DNA of 64,000 bases from Betaproteobacteria bacterium (GCA_947467315.1 CANIID010000001.1:579-64578), one strand, 5' to 3'. Positions 46,515 to 56,931 are shown, counted from the first letter of the stretch. Made by a program: numbers and translations. The notes: generated from the sequence alone by a model not told the origin.

Positions 46515-48122
46515 TTAACTTCTGCCGTGCGTCCTGATGTAATGGATCAGCGCCGCCGTTGACGCGTCGTGCGGCCCCACCGGCGCGTGCGGCGCCAGCT
46601 CGGGCAATAGGCGCCCGGCGAGCTGCTTGCCGAGTTCCACGCCCCATTGATCGAAGGCGTTGATGTCCAAGATCACGCTCGCGGCATACACTTTGTGTTC
46701 ATACAGCGCGATCAGAAACCCCAGATGAAACGCATCGGCTTCAGGCAACACCAGCAGGGTGCTGGGGCGATTGCCCGGATAGGTGCGGTGTGGTTCGCTG
46801 GCCGCGTTACCCAGCATCAGCGCTTCGGCTTGCGCCAGTGCGTTCGCCAGCAGCATGTCGTGAAAACCGGGGTAGTCATGACGTGCGCGGCAGGCAATGA
46901 TGAACTCGGCAGGAACGAGGCGCGTGCCTTGATGCAGCAATTGATGAAACGCATGCTGACCGTTGGTGCCGGATTCGCCCCACGCCACCAGCCCCGTGTC
47001 GTAATCCACGGGCGCGCCGCCGCGGGTGACGCGTTTGCCGAGACTTTCCATTTCGAGTTGCTGCAAGTAGGCGGGAAAACGCGCGAATCCCGACAGATAC
47101 GGCAGCACCACGCGCGATGCGGCGTCGTGAAAGTTCGCGTTCCACACATCGAGTAACGCCAGAAGGACGGGAATATTCTGACCGAATTCGGTGGTTTTGA
47201 AGTGCTCATCCGCGGCGCGCGCACCGGCGAGCAGCGCATCAAACGGCGCCATGCCAACCTGCAACGCCAGCGGTAGCGCCATCGCCGAGCACATCGAGTA
47301 TCGTCCGCCCACCCAATCCCACACCTCGAAAACGCGGTCGCGCGGGATACCAAACGAAACCGCCTGCTCGGGCCGCGCCGTAATGGCCGCGAACTGCGCC
47401 AGCGCTGCCTGTTCGCCGCCTAATTGCGCCGCCAGCCAGCCCAGCACGGCGCGTGCATTAACCAAGGTTTCAGCCGTGGTAAAAGTCTTCGTGGCCACGA
47501 TCACCAGCGTGGCGCGCGCGTCGAGCCGGGTGAGCAATTGTTGCAGCACGCCGCCATCGACCGTGGACAAATAATGGACGCGTAGCGGCTTTTCGGCATA
47601 GGCGAGTAACGCGTCGCCGGCGAAGGCCGGGCCCAGGTAAGAGCCGCCGATGCCGATGTGTATGATGTCGGTGATCTTGTGTTCGCCGCGCACAGTCTCG
47701 ACAAAGGCGCGCATGCGATCCCGTTCGCGGCGCACGTCGGTCGTGACATCATGACCATCAAGGGGCACCGGCGTTTGCGCGCGCAGCGCGGTATGCAAGG
47801 CGGGGCGGTTTTCACTGACGTTGACAGCGGCGCCGCTGAACAGATGCGTGATGGCATTCGCCATGTCGCGATCGCGCGCGAGGTTTAGCAGCAAATGCAG
47901 CGTGTTGGGGTTGAGCAACTGCTTGGAGAAATCCAGCAGCACATCGCCGCAGCGCGCGGAAAAGGTCTGGACGCGTTGCGGGTCGGCGGCGAACAGGCGC
48001 GAGAGATTAAAGCCATTTGCGCCACCGCAGCCGCGGTGGTGCGCGGCAAGCGCTTGCCATGCGGGCATTTCCGTTAGTTTTCCAGCCATGGGCCGTAATG
48101 TGCAGGATGTCGGGTTGTTCAC
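46515..48122 (-). CDS. pgi: Glucose-6-phosphate isomerase
   Basis: WQALAAH at the N-terminus, IGIGGSYLGP, and GQHAFHQLLHQG. Start is GTG 48122 or ATG 48089. Confidence 0.9.
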   Translation of the reverse strand: MNNPTSCTLRPMAGKLTEMPAWQALAAHHRGCGGANGFNLSRLFAADPQRVQTFSARCGDVLLDFSKQLLNPNTLHLLLNLARDRDMANAITHLFSGAAVNVSENRPALHTALRAQTPVPLDGHDVTTDVRRERDRMRAFVETVRGEHKITDIIHIGIGGSYLGPAFAGDALLAYAEKPLRVHYLSTVDGGVLQQLLTRLDARATLVIVATKTFTTAETLVNARAVLGWLAAQLGGEQAALAQFAAITARPEQAVSFGIPRDRVFEVWDWVGGRYSMCSAMALPLALQVGMAPFDALLAGARAADEHFKTTEFGQNIPVLLALLDVWNANFHDAASRVVLPYLSGFARFPAYLQQLEMESLGKRVTRGGAPVDYDTGLVAWGESGTNGQHAFHQLLHQGTRLVPAEFIIACRARHDYPGFHDMLLANALAQAEALMLGNAASEPHRTYPGNRPSTLLVLPEADAFHLGFLIALYEHKVYAASVILDINAFDQWGVELGKQLAGRLLPELAPHAPVGPHDASTAALIHYIRTHGRS

Positions 48123-48181
48123 GGCAGTATTGTACTCTGGTGAACGGGGTGCTTAAAATAACAAGATAAAATGGCGATCTT

Positions 48182-48925
48182 ATGAAGACCGTGTTTTCCG
48201 CTTGTCTGCGCGCGCTACGCGACCTCAAACAGCCGCGTGTGCTGGCCGTTATGGTGCTGCCGGTGCTGGTGTCGCTCGCCCTCTGGTTGTTGATTGCGGT
48301 GTTTTTCTGGCATAGCTGGGTGACGGTATTGGGCGATGCTATCGGCTCCACGCAAGTGGCGCGCTGGCTGCGCGATTGGGGCGCGCAGTGGCTGGTGAAC
48401 GGCATGGGCGCATTGGCGCTGGTCACTATGATGATACCGGCGCTGCTCATCACCAACGTGGTGATTACCGAGATTTTCGCTATGCCGGTGATGGTGAAAC
48501 TGGTGTCGGAGCGCGATTTCCCGGCGCTCGAAAAGCGCGATGGCGGCAATGCCGTGGGCAGCGTGTTCAATGCCAGCATCGGCATCACGATTTTTCTGCT
48601 GCTGTTTGTGCTGAGTCTGCCCTTGTGGCTGCTGGGGCCGGTCGGGCTGATGGCCGGCGCGCTGAATTCGGCGTATCTGGCGCAGCGGCTGTTTCGCTAC
48701 GACGCACTGTCGGACCACGCCAGCGCCGACGAATACCGCGCGCTGGTCAAACAGGCGCGCGGCCGCTTATTCCTGTTGGGGCTGGTGCTGGCGCCGCTGA
48801 ATTATGTGCCGTTGGTGAATCTGTTCGCACCAGTGCTGGGCGGACTCGCGTTTACGCATTTTTGTCTGCGCGAACTGGCGGTGGTGCGGGGAAAGTTGCC
48901 TTCACCCCTCACCCCTCACACTTAA
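48182..48925 (+). CDS. EI24/CysZ-like integral membrane protein
   Basis: Four or more TM helices. Resemblance to the EI24-domain family is from memory only. Confidence 0.5.
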   Translation: MKTVFSACLRALRDLKQPRVLAVMVLPVLVSLALWLLIAVFFWHSWVTVLGDAIGSTQVARWLRDWGAQWLVNGMGALALVTMMIPALLITNVVITEIFAMPVMVKLVSERDFPALEKRDGGNAVGSVFNASIGITIFLLLFVLSLPLWLLGPVGLMAGALNSAYLAQRLFRYDALSDHASADEYRALVKQARGRLFLLGLVLAPLNYVPLVNLFAPVLGGLAFTHFCLRELAVVRGKLPSPLTPHT

Positions 48926-48929
48926 CACC

Positions 48930-50117
48930 CTACATCCGCTCAAACACCGCCGCAATGCCCTGCCCGCCGCCGATACACATGGTCACCAGCGCGTAGCGTC
49001 CGCCGGTGCGCTGTAATTCGTACAGCGCTTTGACCGTAAGAATTGCGCCGGTGGCGCCGACGGGGTGTCCCAGACCGACCGCGCCGCCGTTGGGATTGGT
49101 TTTCTTAGGATCGAATTTCAGATCGCACGACACCGCGAGCGCCTGCACGGCAAAGGCTTCGTTCGATTCGATGACATCCATGTCGTCAACCGTGAGGCCG
49201 GCTCTTTTCAACGCATTGGTCACTGCCGGGACCGGACCGATGCCCATGATTTTAGGATCGACACCCGCGAGGCCATAAGCCACCAGCCGCGCCATCGGCT
49301 TGAGTCCCGCCTTGGCCGCTGCGCCTTGCTCCATCATCACAATCGCGGCTGCGCCGTCGTTGATGCCGGAGGCGTTGCCCGCCGTCACCGAGCCGTCTTT
49401 TTTGAACACTGCGCGCAGTTTCGCCATGCCTTCAAGCGTGGTGTCGGCGCGCGCGTGTTCGTCGCGGTCGAACAGGGTTACACCTTTGCGCGTTTTTAAT
49501 TCGATGGGCAGGATTTGATCCTTGAAGTAGCCCTTGTCGATGGCGTTGACCGCACGGCGATGGCTTTCGACAGCGAAGGCATCCTGCTGCGCGCGCGTGA
49601 TTTTCCATTTTTCCGCGATGTTCTCGGCGGTGATGCCCATATGCACAGCGTCAAACGGATCGGTGAGCGCGCCTACCATCATGTCCACCACGCCGCCGTC
49701 GTTCATGCGTTGGCCCCAGCGCAGCGTCGGCATCACGTAAGCGCTGCGGCTCATGGATTCCGCGCCGCCGCCGACCACCGCTTCGGCGTCACCGAGCTGG
49801 ATGCTCTGCGCTGCGCTGACAATCGCTTGCAGGCCGCTGCCACACAAGCGATTCACCGTTAGCGCGGTGGTTTCCTGCGGCAACCCGCCTTTGATGGCCG
49901 CCACGCGCGAGAAATACATATCCTTCGCTTCGGTGTGGATCACGTTGCCGAACACCACTTGCTGGATATGCTGCGCATCAATCTTGGCGCGCTTGACCGC
50001 CTCGCGAATCACTTGCGCTGCCAGTTCGGTGGGTGCGATGTCTTTGAGTGCGCCGCCATAATCACCGATGGCGGTGCGCACGCCGCTCAATACCACCACT
50101 TCACGTGGGTTGCTCAT
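48930..50117 (-). CDS. Acetyl-CoA C-acetyltransferase (thiolase II)
   Basis: VNRLCGSGLQA active-site Cys region, NEAFA, and GGAVGLGHPVGATG...CIGGGQG. GGAGA RBS. Confidence 0.9.
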   Translation of the reverse strand: MSNPREVVVLSGVRTAIGDYGGALKDIAPTELAAQVIREAVKRAKIDAQHIQQVVFGNVIHTEAKDMYFSRVAAIKGGLPQETTALTVNRLCGSGLQAIVSAAQSIQLGDAEAVVGGGAESMSRSAYVMPTLRWGQRMNDGGVVDMMVGALTDPFDAVHMGITAENIAEKWKITRAQQDAFAVESHRRAVNAIDKGYFKDQILPIELKTRKGVTLFDRDEHARADTTLEGMAKLRAVFKKDGSVTAGNASGINDGAAAIVMMEQGAAAKAGLKPMARLVAYGLAGVDPKIMGIGPVPAVTNALKRAGLTVDDMDVIESNEAFAVQALAVSCDLKFDPKKTNPNGGAVGLGHPVGATGAILTVKALYELQRTGGRYALVTMCIGGGQGIAAVFERM

Positions 50118-50128
50118 GGGGTTTCTCC

Positions 50129-50147
50129 GTAAGTATTTGTTTATAAA
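50129..50147 (-). repeat. AT-rich 19-nt boundary motif, copy 6 (reverse complement TTTATAAACAAATACTTAC)
   Basis: Immediately upstream of the GGAGA RBS of the thiolase gene. Confidence 0.55.
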
Positions 50148-50237
50148 GTAATTTTTTAAAATTTTCGGGCGGGATTTCAACTGAGTTTACGCGCCGCCAA
50201 TGCGCCTGTCGAGATGGATGCTGCAACGCGCAAAATA

Positions 50238-51884
50238 TCAGCGCGAGGTGCTGCCTGAAGGCAAGCGGCGATACAGCCGATAGCGCTCCACCTTATCGCC
50301 CGGTCGTGCGCCTTCCCAGATTTTTCGCCAACCCGGCGGCGCGACGGTTTCTTTGGCGACGCCCTGAATCACCAGCAGATCGCAGTCGCGGCGGCGGGTG
50401 GCGACTTCCTCGCGATGCGTCACGATGTTGCCGACGTAATGCAACATGGCGCGCTGTGATTCCGCAAGATTGCGGCTCGACACGCAACGGTACTGCGCCG
50501 GCAGACTTTGCTGCATGCTGGTGAACACCGAACGATAGCTCTTGCCGGTATCGATCCAGGGCAGAAAGAGAAAGTTAAGCAATCCCCAGATCACGGTGAC
50601 ACCGGCGGCCCACGCGATCACCGGACGTTCGGATTTCAGATGTTTGAGCTGCGTCAGCAATACAAACCACGCCAGCGTATAGCCAGCGGCGAGGGTAAAC
50701 GCCATCGCCTTGAAGCCTGGTGCGTAGCCGGGTTGTATGCGGTGCAGATGCGCGTGCAGGCGCGCGGGAACGCCCAGCTCCAGGCCCGACCAGTAAAACC
50801 AGCCGACGATGATAAAAAAGGTCGTGGCCATCACGCTGAACCATAACCACAAATTCGCCGAGCCACGCCGCAGACTGCCCACGCCGGGCGCCGCCAGCAG
50901 CGCCAGCGCCGGCAACAGCGGCAGCGCATACAGATCGCGCGCGTTGCTGCCGACCGAGAGTAGGGCCATGGTCAGTGCCAGTCCGGTCAGGGGCAGTGCG
51001 AGGGCGGGCGCAGTATAGGGGTGGGGTTGCACAGGTGCTTGTTTGCGGGCCATCCACAACGTCCACAGGCACACCACCCACACCGGGAAGGCGTACCACG
51101 GCAATACCCGCAGATAGTAAAAGAGTTCGCGGCCTTCGCCGGTGAACAGCGTAAGCAAATCGTGTTGCAGCCACGTATCCAGCAGCGCCGGCGATTGCAG
51201 ATGCAGCGCCAAGGGCCACGCGGCGACGGCGGGCACGGCGATCAGTGCGGCGATGCCCAGTGTTTGCGCGTAGCCACGGGTGCGCCACGCGGCGCTCACC
51301 AGCGGCAGCGTGACGGCGATCAAGACCAGGATTGCCGTTTCGAGCGTGCCCTGCGACAGGAACACCATGCCGATGGCGATGCCCAGTAGCAGTCCGCCGA
51401 TCCGCGGACTCCCGGATTTTTGTGACTGGGCGAGCGCCAGCGCGTAGTAGCCCATGGCAAAGCCCGCGAGCGGCGCGATGTCGGTGACGATCTGATGGCT
51501 GCGCACCACGAGACCGAAGCAGCCGAGCATCAGCAGCGCGGCAATCGCGCCTTTGCCGCGTCCGTGCAGCTCGCGCGACGCGAGTCCGCAGAACAAAAAC
51601 GTCAGCCCCATGTAAAAACCGGTGGCCAGACGCGCGCCGTCGTGCAGCGGGAGAATGGCAGAGGTCAGCCAGGCCGTGGCCGCCGCCGTCAGGTAATACA
51701 GCGGCGGTTCATCGAGAAACGTTTCGCCGGCCAGCGACGGCTTCAGCCACGAGCCGCCTTGCAGCAATTCATACACCACGCCGAAGGTATACGCCTCGTC
51801 GGATTTCCATGGGTCGTGACCGATCAGCCCCGGCAGGATCCAGGCAAAGCACAACACGACGATCAGGAGATGGCGCTGAGACAT
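50238..51884 (-). CDS. Glycosyltransferase family 39 (ArnT/PMT-like) membrane protein
   Basis: Roughly 12 TM helices. N-terminal DPWKSDEAYTF..V and DEPPLYY loop motifs. Confidence 0.7.
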   Translation of the reverse strand: MSQRHLLIVVLCFAWILPGLIGHDPWKSDEAYTFGVVYELLQGGSWLKPSLAGETFLDEPPLYYLTAAATAWLTSAILPLHDGARLATGFYMGLTFLFCGLASRELHGRGKGAIAALLMLGCFGLVVRSHQIVTDIAPLAGFAMGYYALALAQSQKSGSPRIGGLLLGIAIGMVFLSQGTLETAILVLIAVTLPLVSAAWRTRGYAQTLGIAALIAVPAVAAWPLALHLQSPALLDTWLQHDLLTLFTGEGRELFYYLRVLPWYAFPVWVVCLWTLWMARKQAPVQPHPYTAPALALPLTGLALTMALLSVGSNARDLYALPLLPALALLAAPGVGSLRRGSANLWLWFSVMATTFFIIVGWFYWSGLELGVPARLHAHLHRIQPGYAPGFKAMAFTLAAGYTLAWFVLLTQLKHLKSERPVIAWAAGVTVIWGLLNFLFLPWIDTGKSYRSVFTSMQQSLPAQYRCVSSRNLAESQRAMLHYVGNIVTHREEVATRRRDCDLLVIQGVAKETVAPPGWRKIWEGARPGDKVERYRLYRRLPSGSTSR

Positions 51885-52091
51885 GAAGGGGAGGTGTTTT
51901 CGCGCGGCGCTTTGATTTGTTGTTTTTGCGTGGTGCGATTATCCCACTTTTCGTACGAGCTCCTATGGGCCGACTTGACGGCGCACAACTATGGCGCACC
52001 ACGCACCACGCTGTTGCACCGATAGGGAGCGGCGCGTGGACGCGATGTCCAAAATTGTGCGCGCACGTGCTGGGAAGGTTACTAAAAACAC

Positions 52092-52110
52092 AATAAAAAC
52101 AAATAGTTAC
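52092..52110 (+). repeat. AT-rich 19-nt boundary motif, copy 7 (AATAAAAACAAATAGTTAC)
   Basis: Lies about 30 nt upstream of the sigma-54-like promoter. The core AAACAAATAGTTA matches the IHF consensus WATCAANNNNTTR at 12 of 13 positions. Confidence 0.55.
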
Positions 52111-52139
52111 ATTATTGCTGTGGCGACGGATCCGGACGT

Positions 52140-52155
52140 TGGCACGCAATCTGCT
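52140..52155 (+). promoter_or_regulatory. Candidate sigma-54 (-24/-12) promoter TGGCACGCAATCTGCT
   Basis: GG and GC elements are exactly 12 nt apart. Lies about 37 nt upstream of ATG 52191 of a nitrogen-related operon. Confidence 0.5.
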
Positions 52156-52190
52156 GCTAACCGCAGCACACCCTTAACCGGAGCGCGCCG

Positions 52191-53549
52191 ATGACCGATA
52201 TCACCAAGCTTTATGATGCCCACGCGGATTTATCCGCACCGTGTTCGTGCGGCCGGCATCGTTCACAACAGGAACATGAAACACACGCGGCGGTGGATCA
52301 CGAAACGCTGGGCCGCGAAGTTGTCGAGTCCGCGATGGTGCGCGCCTTGTTTCCCGACGACCGCGCACGGCGGCGCTTTCTCGGCGCGGTGGGCGCCAAC
52401 ACCGCGATGGCGGCGATTGCCAGCGTGCTGCCCATCGGGGCGATGCAGGCATTGGCGCAGGACAAGCGCCCGCTGGAAAAGAAAAATCTCAAAATCGGTT
52501 TCATTCCGATCACCTGCGCAACCCCTTTGATACTCGCGCACCCGCTGCGCTACTACGCCGCCGAAGGTCTGGAGGTGGAGGTGATCAAAACGGCGGGTTG
52601 GGCGCTGATCCGCGACAAGGTGCTGAACAAGGAATACGACGCCTCGCACTTGCTGGCGCCGATGCCGATTGCGATCTCGATGGGCATTGGTTCGTCACAA
52701 CAGGCGATGAATGTCGCCACCATACAAAACGTCAACGGGCAGGCGATCACGCTGGCGAACAAGCATAAGGCCAGCCGCGACCCAAAAACCTGGAAAGGTT
52801 TCAAATTCGCTGTGCCGTTCGAGTTTTCGATGCACAATTTTCTGCTGCGTTATTACGTCGCCGAGCATGGCCTTGATCCCGACAAAGACATCCAAATTCG
52901 CGTGCTGCCGCCGCCGGAGATGGTGGCGAATCTGCGCGCCGGCAACATCGACGGCTTTCTCGGTCCTGATCCGTTTAACCAGCGCGCGGTGTACGAGGAA
53001 GTGGGGTTCATTCACATATTGTCGAAAGAGTTGTGGGACGGACACCCGTGCTGCTCGTTCGGCGCACCGACGTCGTTTATTAAAGAAAATCCCAATTCCT
53101 TCGCGGCCTTGTTCCGCGCGGTGTTAAAGGGCGCGGCGCTGGCGCGCGACCCGGCCAATCGCAAGACCATCGCCGAATCGATAGCGCCGGCGAATTACCT
53201 GAATCAGCCGGTGGCGGTGCTCGAACAGGTGCTCACCGGCAAATACGCCGACGGCTTGGGCAACATTAAAAATGATCCGTCACGCGTGGATTTCGATCCC
53301 TTCCCCTGGTACTCAATGGCAACGTGGATTTTGTCGCAGATGAAACGCTGGGGTTACATCAAGGGCGACGTGCGCTGGAAAGATTTGAGCGAGCAAATTT
53401 ATTTGCTTACCGACGCGCGCAAACACATGACCGCGATGGGCTATAAGCCGCCGTCCGAGAACAACAAGAAAATTGTCGTCATGGGCAAGGTGTTCGACCA
53501 CACCGCGCCGGATGCGTACTTGGCTAGCTTCGCCATCAAGAGAACGTAG
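52191..53549 (+). CDS. NrtA/CmpA/CynA-family ABC transporter substrate-binding protein with Tat signal
   Basis: RRRFLGAVGANTAMAA twin-arginine signal after an N-terminal extension. GFIPITCATPL motif. Confidence 0.8.
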   Translation: MTDITKLYDAHADLSAPCSCGRHRSQQEHETHAAVDHETLGREVVESAMVRALFPDDRARRRFLGAVGANTAMAAIASVLPIGAMQALAQDKRPLEKKNLKIGFIPITCATPLILAHPLRYYAAEGLEVEVIKTAGWALIRDKVLNKEYDASHLLAPMPIAISMGIGSSQQAMNVATIQNVNGQAITLANKHKASRDPKTWKGFKFAVPFEFSMHNFLLRYYVAEHGLDPDKDIQIRVLPPPEMVANLRAGNIDGFLGPDPFNQRAVYEEVGFIHILSKELWDGHPCCSFGAPTSFIKENPNSFAALFRAVLKGAALARDPANRKTIAESIAPANYLNQPVAVLEQVLTGKYADGLGNIKNDPSRVDFDPFPWYSMATWILSQMKRWGYIKGDVRWKDLSEQIYLLTDARKHMTAMGYKPPSENNKKIVVMGKVFDHTAPDAYLASFAIKRT

Positions 53550-53571
53550 GCACAAAGGGAGGGCAATAAAC

Positions 53572-54408
53572 ATGGACAAGAGAATGGGCATCAAAGCCGG
53601 CGCGCTGTCTCTGGTTATCTTCTTGTTTTTATTGGGTATTTGGCAGGCGGCTACCTTGCCCGCCGAGAAGGCGGGCGGTGCGCTCACCGAGTACGAACAA
53701 CTGATGGGCAAGAGTGCGAAAAAAAGCGACGGCATGCCTACGCCCGCCCAGATGGGGCAGACAGTGATGAAGCATTTGTCTGACCCGTTTTACGACAAAG
53801 GGCCCAACGACAAAGGTATAGGCATCCAGCTCGCGTATTCGTTGGCGCGCGTGGGTGGTGGATTTTTCTTGGCCGCGCTGGTGGCGATACCGCTGGGCTT
53901 CATGATTGGCATGTCGCCGCTGTTGTATCGTGCGCTCGATCCGTTCATACAGGTGTTGAAACCCATCTCGCCTTTGGCGTGGATGCCGCTCGCGCTTTAC
54001 ACCATCAAGGATTCGGCCACCTCGTCGATCTTCGTGATCTTTATCTGCTCGATCTGGCCGATGCTGATCAACACCGCCTATGGCGTGGCCTCGGTGCGCA
54101 AGGATTGGCTCAACGTGGCGCGAACGCTCGAAGTGAGCATCATGCGCAAGGCGTTTCTGGTGATCCTGCCGGCGGCTGCGCCCACTATCATGACCGGCAT
54201 GCGTATTTCCATGGGCATTGCGTGGCTGGTGATCGTGGCGGCGGAGATGCTGGTGGGCGGCACCGGCATCGGCTACTTCGTGTGGAACGAGTGGAACAAC
54301 CTGTCGCTCACCAACGTGATCTTTGCGATTCTGATGATCGGCGTGGTGGGCATGGCGCTCGATCTCCTATTCGGGATGTTGCAAAAATTCGTTACCTACG
54401 TGGAGTAG
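53572..54408 (+). CDS. Nitrate/cyanate-type ABC transporter permease
   Basis: Six TM helices. EAA-like loop VARTLEVS....L.VILPAA.P. AAGGGAGGG RBS. Confidence 0.85.
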   Translation: MDKRMGIKAGALSLVIFLFLLGIWQAATLPAEKAGGALTEYEQLMGKSAKKSDGMPTPAQMGQTVMKHLSDPFYDKGPNDKGIGIQLAYSLARVGGGFFLAALVAIPLGFMIGMSPLLYRALDPFIQVLKPISPLAWMPLALYTIKDSATSSIFVIFICSIWPMLINTAYGVASVRKDWLNVARTLEVSIMRKAFLVILPAAAPTIMTGMRISMGIAWLVIVAAEMLVGGTGIGYFVWNEWNNLSLTNVIFAILMIGVVGMALDLLFGMLQKFVTYVE

Positions 54409-54411
54409 ATC

Positions 54412-55323
54412 ATGAGCACTTCATTCCTGATTGCAGAAGGGCTGTCGAAGAAATTTCCTGGCTCGCGCGGCAAGCCTGATCTCACGGTGTTCGATGATGT
54501 GCATTTCACCATCGACAAAGGCGAATTCGTGTGCATCATCGGCCACTCCGGCTGCGGCAAGACCACGATCTTGAACGTGCTGGCCGGACTCGATACCGCC
54601 AGCGGCGGCAACGTGCTGATGGACGAGCGCGAAGTGTCCGGCCCCAGTCTGGAGCGGGGCGTGGTGTTTCAGGGGCACGCGCTGATGCCGTGGCTGTCGG
54701 CGAAAAAGAACGTGGCCTTCGCCGTGCGTTCGCGCTGGCCCGACAAATCCAATAAGGAAATCGATGACCATTGCCAGCGTTACCTTGATCTGGTTGGATT
54801 GACCGGCTCCGAACACAAAAAACCATCGGAACTTTCCGGCGGCATGAAGCAGCGTGTGGGCATCGCGCGCGCGTTCGCCATCGAACCCAAGATGCTGCTG
54901 CTCGACGAACCGTTCGGCGCACTGGACGCACTCACGCGTGGCAATATTCAGGAAGAGCTCAAAAGAATCTGCGCGGCGACCAGTCAAACCGTGTTCATGA
55001 TTACGCATGATGTCGATGAAGCGATTTTGCTGTCTGACAAAATCATGTTGATGTCGAATGGTCCGCACGCCCGTATCGCCGAAATCGTGGTCAACACGCT
55101 GCCGAAAAACCGTTCGCGCGAAACGCTGCACAAGGAGCCGCGCTTTTACGCCATACGTAATCATTTGGTGGATTTTCTGGTAAGCCGCTCCAAGCGCTTC
55201 AGCGAAGCATTGCCCGAAGGTTATGACCCAAAAAATCCGCCGCTGGTAACGCCGGGTGTCGAGCCAACACCGCCTCCGGTGCCCCCCGTTGAATTCGCCA
55301 AAGTCGTCAATCTTAGAAACTAA
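54412..55323 (+). CDS. Nitrate/cyanate-type ABC transporter ATP-binding protein
   Basis: Walker [10 protein letters not shown], signature LSGGMKQRV, Walker [12 protein letters not shown]. Confidence 0.88.
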   Translation: MSTSFLIAEGLSKKFPGSRGKPDLTVFDDVHFTIDKGEFVCIIGHSGCGKTTILNVLAGLDTASGGNVLMDEREVSGPSLERGVVFQGHALMPWLSAKKNVAFAVRSRWPDKSNKEIDDHCQRYLDLVGLTGSEHKKPSELSGGMKQRVGIARAFAIEPKMLLLDEPFGALDALTRGNIQEELKRICAATSQTVFMITHDVDEAILLSDKIMLMSNGPHARIAEIVVNTLPKNRSRETLHKEPRFYAIRNHLVDFLVSRSKRFSEALPEGYDPKNPPLVTPGVEPTPPPVPPVEFAKVVNLRN

Positions 55324-55343
55324 CCTGAACCCGAGAGGAGAGC

Positions 55344-55829
55344 ATGATGAAAAAAACCGCCGTCACTGCCAGCACACATAAACCCATGACCCGTTTTGAT
55401 GTCACCGAACTGGTGGTCGAAGCGCGGCTGAAAAAAGGCCTGAGCTGGGTAAAAATCGCCAAAGCCGTAGGCTCCAGCAAAGAATGGACCACCGCAGCGC
55501 TGCTCGGTCAAATGAAAATGACCAAGCCGCAAGCCGAGGCCGCCGGCAAATTGCTAGGCCTGCCGCCGTATGCGATTTTGTTGCTGCAGCAGGCGCCGTA
55601 CAAAGGCTCGCTGCCCACTGCGGTGCCGACCGATCCGTTGATCTACCGCTTTTACGAACTGGTGAGCGTTTACGGCACCACGTTCAAAGAGCTGATTCAC
55701 GAAGAGTTCGGCGACGGCATCATGAGCGCCATCGATTTTAAAATGGATATGCAACGTCAGGCCGATCCGAACGGGGATCGTGTGCAAATCGTGATGAGCG
55801 GTAAGTATTTGCAGTACAAGACGTATTAG
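55344..55829 (+). CDS. cynS: Cyanase (cyanate hydratase)
   Basis: C-terminal GDGIMSAIDF....R..DP.GDRV.I...GK.L.Y is the cyanase signature region. Confidence 0.9.
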   Translation: MMKKTAVTASTHKPMTRFDVTELVVEARLKKGLSWVKIAKAVGSSKEWTTAALLGQMKMTKPQAEAAGKLLGLPPYAILLLQQAPYKGSLPTAVPTDPLIYRFYELVSVYGTTFKELIHEEFGDGIMSAIDFKMDMQRQADPNGDRVQIVMSGKYLQYKTY

Positions 55830-55834
55830 TTTGG

Positions 55835-55860
55835 GTAGGGCGGGAGCCATCCCGCCCTAC
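55835..55860. terminator. Bidirectional hairpin between convergent cynS and the tartrate dehydrogenase gene
   Basis: Perfect 11-bp stem GTAGGGCGGGA / TCCCGCCCTAC with a 4-nt loop. Confidence 0.6.
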
Positions 55861-55866
55861 ATCTGA

Positions 55867-56931
55867 CTACTTCAGCATCTCCGCCACGGCCTTGCCCAAA
55901 TCAGCGGTATTGGCCTTGCCGCCCAAGTCGGGCGTCTTCGGGCCTTCCTGCAATACGTTTTCAATCGCTTTAACGATGGCAGCACCCGCTTCCGGGCAGC
56001 CGAGGTGATCGAGCATCATCGCGCCGGCCCAGATCATCCCCACGGGGTTGGCGACTTTGCGGCCATAGATGTCGGGCGCCGAGCCATGCACCGGCTCGAA
56101 CAGCGAGGGAAATAATTTCTCCGGATTCATGTTGGCCGACGGCGCAATGCCAATAGTGCCAGTGGCAGCCGGGCCTAAGTCGGAGAGGATATCGCCAAAC
56201 AAATTGGAGCCAACCACCACGTCGAACCAGTCCGGGTGCATGACGAAATGCGCGCACAGGATGTCGATGTGAAACTGATCGACCTTAATGCCAGGATATT
56301 TTTTCGACATCTCGGCCACGCGCTCGTCCCAATACGGCATCGAGATGGAGATGCCGTTGGATTTGGTGGCGGAGGTGAGGTGCTTTTTCGGGCGCGTGGC
56401 GGCAAGATCAAACGCGTATTTCAGTATGCGATCGGTGCCGGTGCGCGAGAACACGGCGTTTTGCGTCACAAACTCGCGTTCGGTGCCGGCATACATGCGT
56501 CCGCCGACCGATGAGTATTCGCCTTCGCTGTTTTCACGCACCACCCAGAAGTCGATGTCACCGGGCTTGCGGTCGGCGAGCGGGCATTTCATGCCCGGCA
56601 TCAGACGCACCGGGCGCAGATTGACGTATTGATCGTAGCCGCGGCGAAACGGGATTAGCAGCCCCCACAGGGAGATGTGATCGGGCACGGTGGCGGGCCA
56701 CCCTGCCGCGCCGAAGTACACCGCGTCGTGCTTCTTGAGTTGCTCCAGGCCATCCTCGGGCATCATCTTGCCGTGTTTGGCGTAGTAGTCGCAGCTCCAG
56801 TCGAATTCGTCGAACTGGAATTCGATGCCGAACTTGCGGCCCGCCGCTTCGAGCGCGCGCAAGCCTTCGGGCATGACTTCCTTGCCGATGCCGTCGCCGG
56901 GAATGACTGCGATACGAAATTTTTTCATCAT
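55867..56931 (-). CDS. Tartrate dehydrogenase/decarboxylase (isocitrate/isopropylmalate dehydrogenase family)
   Basis: IAVIPGDGIGKEV, then VRENSEGEYS and NLFGDILSDL. Overall resemblance to TtuC-type enzymes. Confidence 0.85.
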   Translation of the reverse strand: MMKKFRIAVIPGDGIGKEVMPEGLRALEAAGRKFGIEFQFDEFDWSCDYYAKHGKMMPEDGLEQLKKHDAVYFGAAGWPATVPDHISLWGLLIPFRRGYDQYVNLRPVRLMPGMKCPLADRKPGDIDFWVVRENSEGEYSSVGGRMYAGTEREFVTQNAVFSRTGTDRILKYAFDLAATRPKKHLTSATKSNGISISMPYWDERVAEMSKKYPGIKVDQFHIDILCAHFVMHPDWFDVVVGSNLFGDILSDLGPAATGTIGIAPSANMNPEKLFPSLFEPVHGSAPDIYGRKVANPVGMIWAGAMMLDHLGCPEAGAAIVKAIENVLQEGPKTPDLGGKANTADLGKAVAEMLK

